64,000 bases of DNA from Buttiauxella sp. GTDB lineage: Bacteria > Pseudomonadota > Gammaproteobacteria > Enterobacterales > Enterobacteriaceae. Below, piece after piece: positions 61,652-64,000 of the stretch. Every line of letters starts with the position of its first letter. Position 1 is the first letter of the stretch. A program made the translations under genes and the position numbers. Below the pieces are notes generated by a model, which saw only the letters and a program-made list of their open reading frames with translations, was not told the DNA's origin and ran no database searches. The stretch spans positions 2,580 through 66,579 of the forward strand of contig DAMALH010000016.1 in the NCBI GenBank assembly GCA_032000125.1, read 5' to 3'.

Positions 61652-62362
61652 ATGGCAGACTCCTCCCCGGACGTAATTGCCGTGGTGCCGGCGGCCGGGA
61701 TCGGCAGCCGCATGCAAACGGAATGTCCAAAGCAGTACCTGCAAATCGGCGATAAAACTATTCTTGAACATGCTGTTGCGAGCGTGCTGGCTCATCCGCG
61801 TGTCGGCCATGTCATCATCGCCATCAGCCCGGGCGACTCCTGGTTCGCTTCATTGCCGCTGGCTTCAAACCCGCAGGTTACCGTGGTGAACGGAGGAGGG
61901 CTGCGCGCCGATTCTGTTCTCGCGGGGCTGCAGGCCGCGGGGGACGCTAAGTGGGTACTGGTGCACGATGCGGCTCGTCCCTGCCTCCATCAGGATGATT
62001 TAGCGCGTCTGCTGGCCATTACCCGCAGCAGCAAGGTGGGCGGCATTCTGGCCGCGCCGGTGCGCGATACGATGAAGCGCGGCGAGCCGGGCAAGCCTCT
62101 TATTGCGCATACCGTCGAGCGCGAAGCGCTCTGGCACGCGTTGACCCCGCAACTCTTCCCGCTCGAATTGCTGCGTAGCTGTCTGCTTCGCGCCCTGAAA
62201 GAGGGGGCCACCATCACCGATGAAGCCTCCGCGCTCGAATATTGCGGCTTCCATCCAGAATTAATTAGCGCCCGTGCCGATAATATAAAAGTTACTCGTC
62301 CTGAAGACCTGGCACTGGCGGCGTTTTACCTCACGCGGTTAACCCAAACGGAGAATTTATAA
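61652..62362 (+). CDS. ispD: 2-C-methyl-D-erythritol 4-phosphate cytidylyltransferase IspD
   Basis: ORF track, 236 aa, with the [11 protein letters not shown] motif. Confidence 0.95.
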   Translation: MADSSPDVIAVVPAAGIGSRMQTECPKQYLQIGDKTILEHAVASVLAHPRVGHVIIAISPGDSWFASLPLASNPQVTVVNGGGLRADSVLAGLQAAGDAKWVLVHDAARPCLHQDDLARLLAITRSSKVGGILAAPVRDTMKRGEPGKPLIAHTVEREALWHALTPQLFPLELLRSCLLRALKEGATITDEASALEYCGFHPELISARADNIKVTRPEDLALAAFYLTRLTQTENL

Positions 62363-62841
62363 TGCGTATCGGACATGGTTTTGATGTACACGCTTTTGGC
62401 GGCGTTGGGCCGATTATCATTGGCGGCGTGCGTGTTCCGTTCGAAAAAGGGTTGCTGGCCCATTCCGATGGTGACGTGGCCCTGCACGCATTAACCGACG
62501 CTCTGCTCGGTGCCGCAGCGCTTGGCGACATCGGTAAGCTGTTCCCGGATACCGACGCGGCATACAAAGGTGCGGACAGCCGCGAGCTGCTGCGCGAGGC
62601 CTGGCGTCGTATTCAGGCCAAAGGCTACACGCTTGGCAACGTGGACGTGACGATCATCGCTCAGGCGCCAAAAATGGCGCCGCATATCCCACAGATGCGC
62701 GTGTTTATTGCCGAAGATCTCGGCTGCCATATGGACGATGTAAACGTTAAAGCCACAACGACGGAAAAACTCGGCTTTACCGGGCGTGGCGAAGGCATCG
62801 CCTGTGAGGCGGTAGCGTTACTGCATAAGGCTCGCGCGTAA
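62362..62841 (+). CDS. ispF: 2-C-methyl-D-erythritol 2,4-cyclodiphosphate synthase IspF
   Basis: ORF track, 159 aa: [13 protein letters not shown]...[11 protein letters not shown]... Confidence 0.97.
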   Translation: MRIGHGFDVHAFGGVGPIIIGGVRVPFEKGLLAHSDGDVALHALTDALLGAAALGDIGKLFPDTDAAYKGADSRELLREAWRRIQAKGYTLGNVDVTIIAQAPKMAPHIPQMRVFIAEDLGCHMDDVNVKATTTEKLGFTGRGEGIACEAVALLHKARA

Positions 62842-63887
62842 TGGATATGCAAACCCTGACCTGGCTGCACGGTAAGCCAGAAGGAACCGGCTTGATAAAA
62901 GCCAGCCCGGAAGACTTCCTGGTGACCGAAGACCTCGGCTTCGGGCCGGACGGCGACGGTGAGCATCTGCTGCTGCGCATCCTGAAAAAGGGCTGTAATA
63001 CGCGTTACGTGGCAGACGCGCTGGCTAAATTTCTAAAAGTGCAGGCCCGTGAGGTAAGTTTTGCCGGGCAAAAGGACAAACACGCGGTTACCGAACAGTG
63101 GTTCTGCGTGCGCCTGCCGGGAAAAGAGATGCCGGATATGAGCGCTTTTAGCCTGGAAGGTTGTGAAGTGCTGGAATATGCCCGTCATCGTCGCAAGCTG
63201 CGTCTCGGCGCGCTGAAGGGGAATAATTTTACCCTCTTCCTGCGAGAGGTCAGCAATCGTGCGGAGCTGGAACAGCGGCTTAATGCGGTCTTAAAAGACG
63301 GCGTACCTAACTACTTTGGCAGCCAGCGCTTTGGCATTGGCGGTAACAACTTAAACCAGGCGCGTCGCTGGGCGCAGAATAATTCTCCGTTGCGCGATCG
63401 CAATAAACGCAGTTTTTATTTGTCGGCGGCCCGCAGCGCGTTGTTTAATCAAATTGTTAGCCTTAGACTGAAAAAACCAGACTTTAATCAAGTTGTTGAT
63501 GGCGATGCGCTACAATTGGCAGGACGCGGTAGCTGGTTTGTGGCAACAAACGAAGAACTCCCTGTTTTACAACAACGCGTGGACAACGGTGAACTGCTGA
63601 TTACGGCACCGTTACCGGGCGATGGCGCGTGGGGCACGCTCAACGCCGCGCTGGAATTTGAACAGCGCTGTGTCGAACAGGAAACAGATTTGCAGGCATT
63701 ACTGGTCCGTGAGCGCGTTGAAGCCGCTCGCCGCGCCATGCTGGTGAACCCAGCAGAATTACGTTGGAACTGGTGGGATGATGTGACGGTTGAGGTGAGC
63801 TTTTGGCTGCCTGCCGGAAGTTTTGCCACCAGCGTTGTAAGGGAACTTATGAATACGCCGGGTGACTATGCGAATATTGCTGAGTAA
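62841..63887 (+). CDS. truD: tRNA pseudouridine(13) synthase TruD
   Basis: ORF track, 348 aa: [26 protein letters not shown]...[15 protein letters not shown]... Confidence 0.95.
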   Translation: MDMQTLTWLHGKPEGTGLIKASPEDFLVTEDLGFGPDGDGEHLLLRILKKGCNTRYVADALAKFLKVQAREVSFAGQKDKHAVTEQWFCVRLPGKEMPDMSAFSLEGCEVLEYARHRRKLRLGALKGNNFTLFLREVSNRAELEQRLNAVLKDGVPNYFGSQRFGIGGNNLNQARRWAQNNSPLRDRNKRSFYLSAARSALFNQIVSLRLKKPDFNQVVDGDALQLAGRGSWFVATNEELPVLQQRVDNGELLITAPLPGDGAWGTLNAALEFEQRCVEQETDLQALLVRERVEAARRAMLVNPAELRWNWWDDVTVEVSFWLPAGSFATSVVRELMNTPGDYANIAE

Positions 63888-64000
63888 CGATGACGGAATC
63901 CACGCGCCGGGCATTCAGGCGCTGGCTAAGCGGCTACGAGAGTTTGCTGAGGTGCAGGTCGTGGCCCCGGATCGTAATCGCAGCGGCGCATCGAACTCGC
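63868..64000 (+). CDS. surE: 5'/3'-nucleotidase SurE; N-terminal part only, runs off the window
   Basis: Hand translation from the ATG at 63868 gives [44 protein letters not shown]. It overlaps the truD end by 20 nt. Confidence 0.9.
   Translation, partial: MRILLSNDDGIHAPGIQALAKRLREFAEVQVVAPDRNRSGASNS

Overview
This window is an enterobacterial chromosomal segment, read by eye with no searches run. It is collinear, in inverted orientation, with the E. coli K-12 csdA...surE region. The gene order is csdE-csdA, ygdI, gcvB/gcvA, ygdD-rlmM, xni, sdaCB, ppnN, queF, syd, csrB, yqcC-truC-yqcA, gudPXD, barA, rlmD, relA, mazG, pyrG, eno, queE, the ygc cluster, queD, cysJIH, iap, cysDNC, ygbE, ftsB, ispDF, truD, surE. 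Almost every long ORF is assignable, and two sRNA genes (GcvB, CsrB) are recognisable directly from sequence. From my memory of the K-12 map there are five differences. (1) There is no fuc operon between rlmM and xni. (2) An aminotransferase-kdgT-kduI block lies between xni and sdaB. (3) A glycerate kinase plus a ramR/romA/ramA locus lies between gudD and barA. (4) There is no mazEF between relA and mazG, and an RpiR-PTS(EIICB)-nanE module follows eno. (5) There is no CRISPR-Cas between iap and cysD. Four observations are most worth a second look. (a) Three copies of a 140-142 bp structured, non-coding, MITE-like element are each flanked by a perfect direct duplication of an entire 20-25 bp GC hairpin, in two cases a bidirectional terminator. 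Compensatory base changes preserve two internal stems. (b) The divergent yqcE/ygcW control region holds a mirrored pair of near-identical 5' leaders (conserved box plus long intrinsic terminator). Each leader lies about 45 bp from a CRP-consensus site, and the same cluster encodes a GlpP-family antiterminator (ygcP). (c) The ygc cluster itself is a functionally orphan catabolic system with its own electron-transfer chain. (d) An in-frame amber codon splits the ygcS transporter. No tRNA or rRNA genes, CRISPR arrays, prophage or IS transposase genes were seen.
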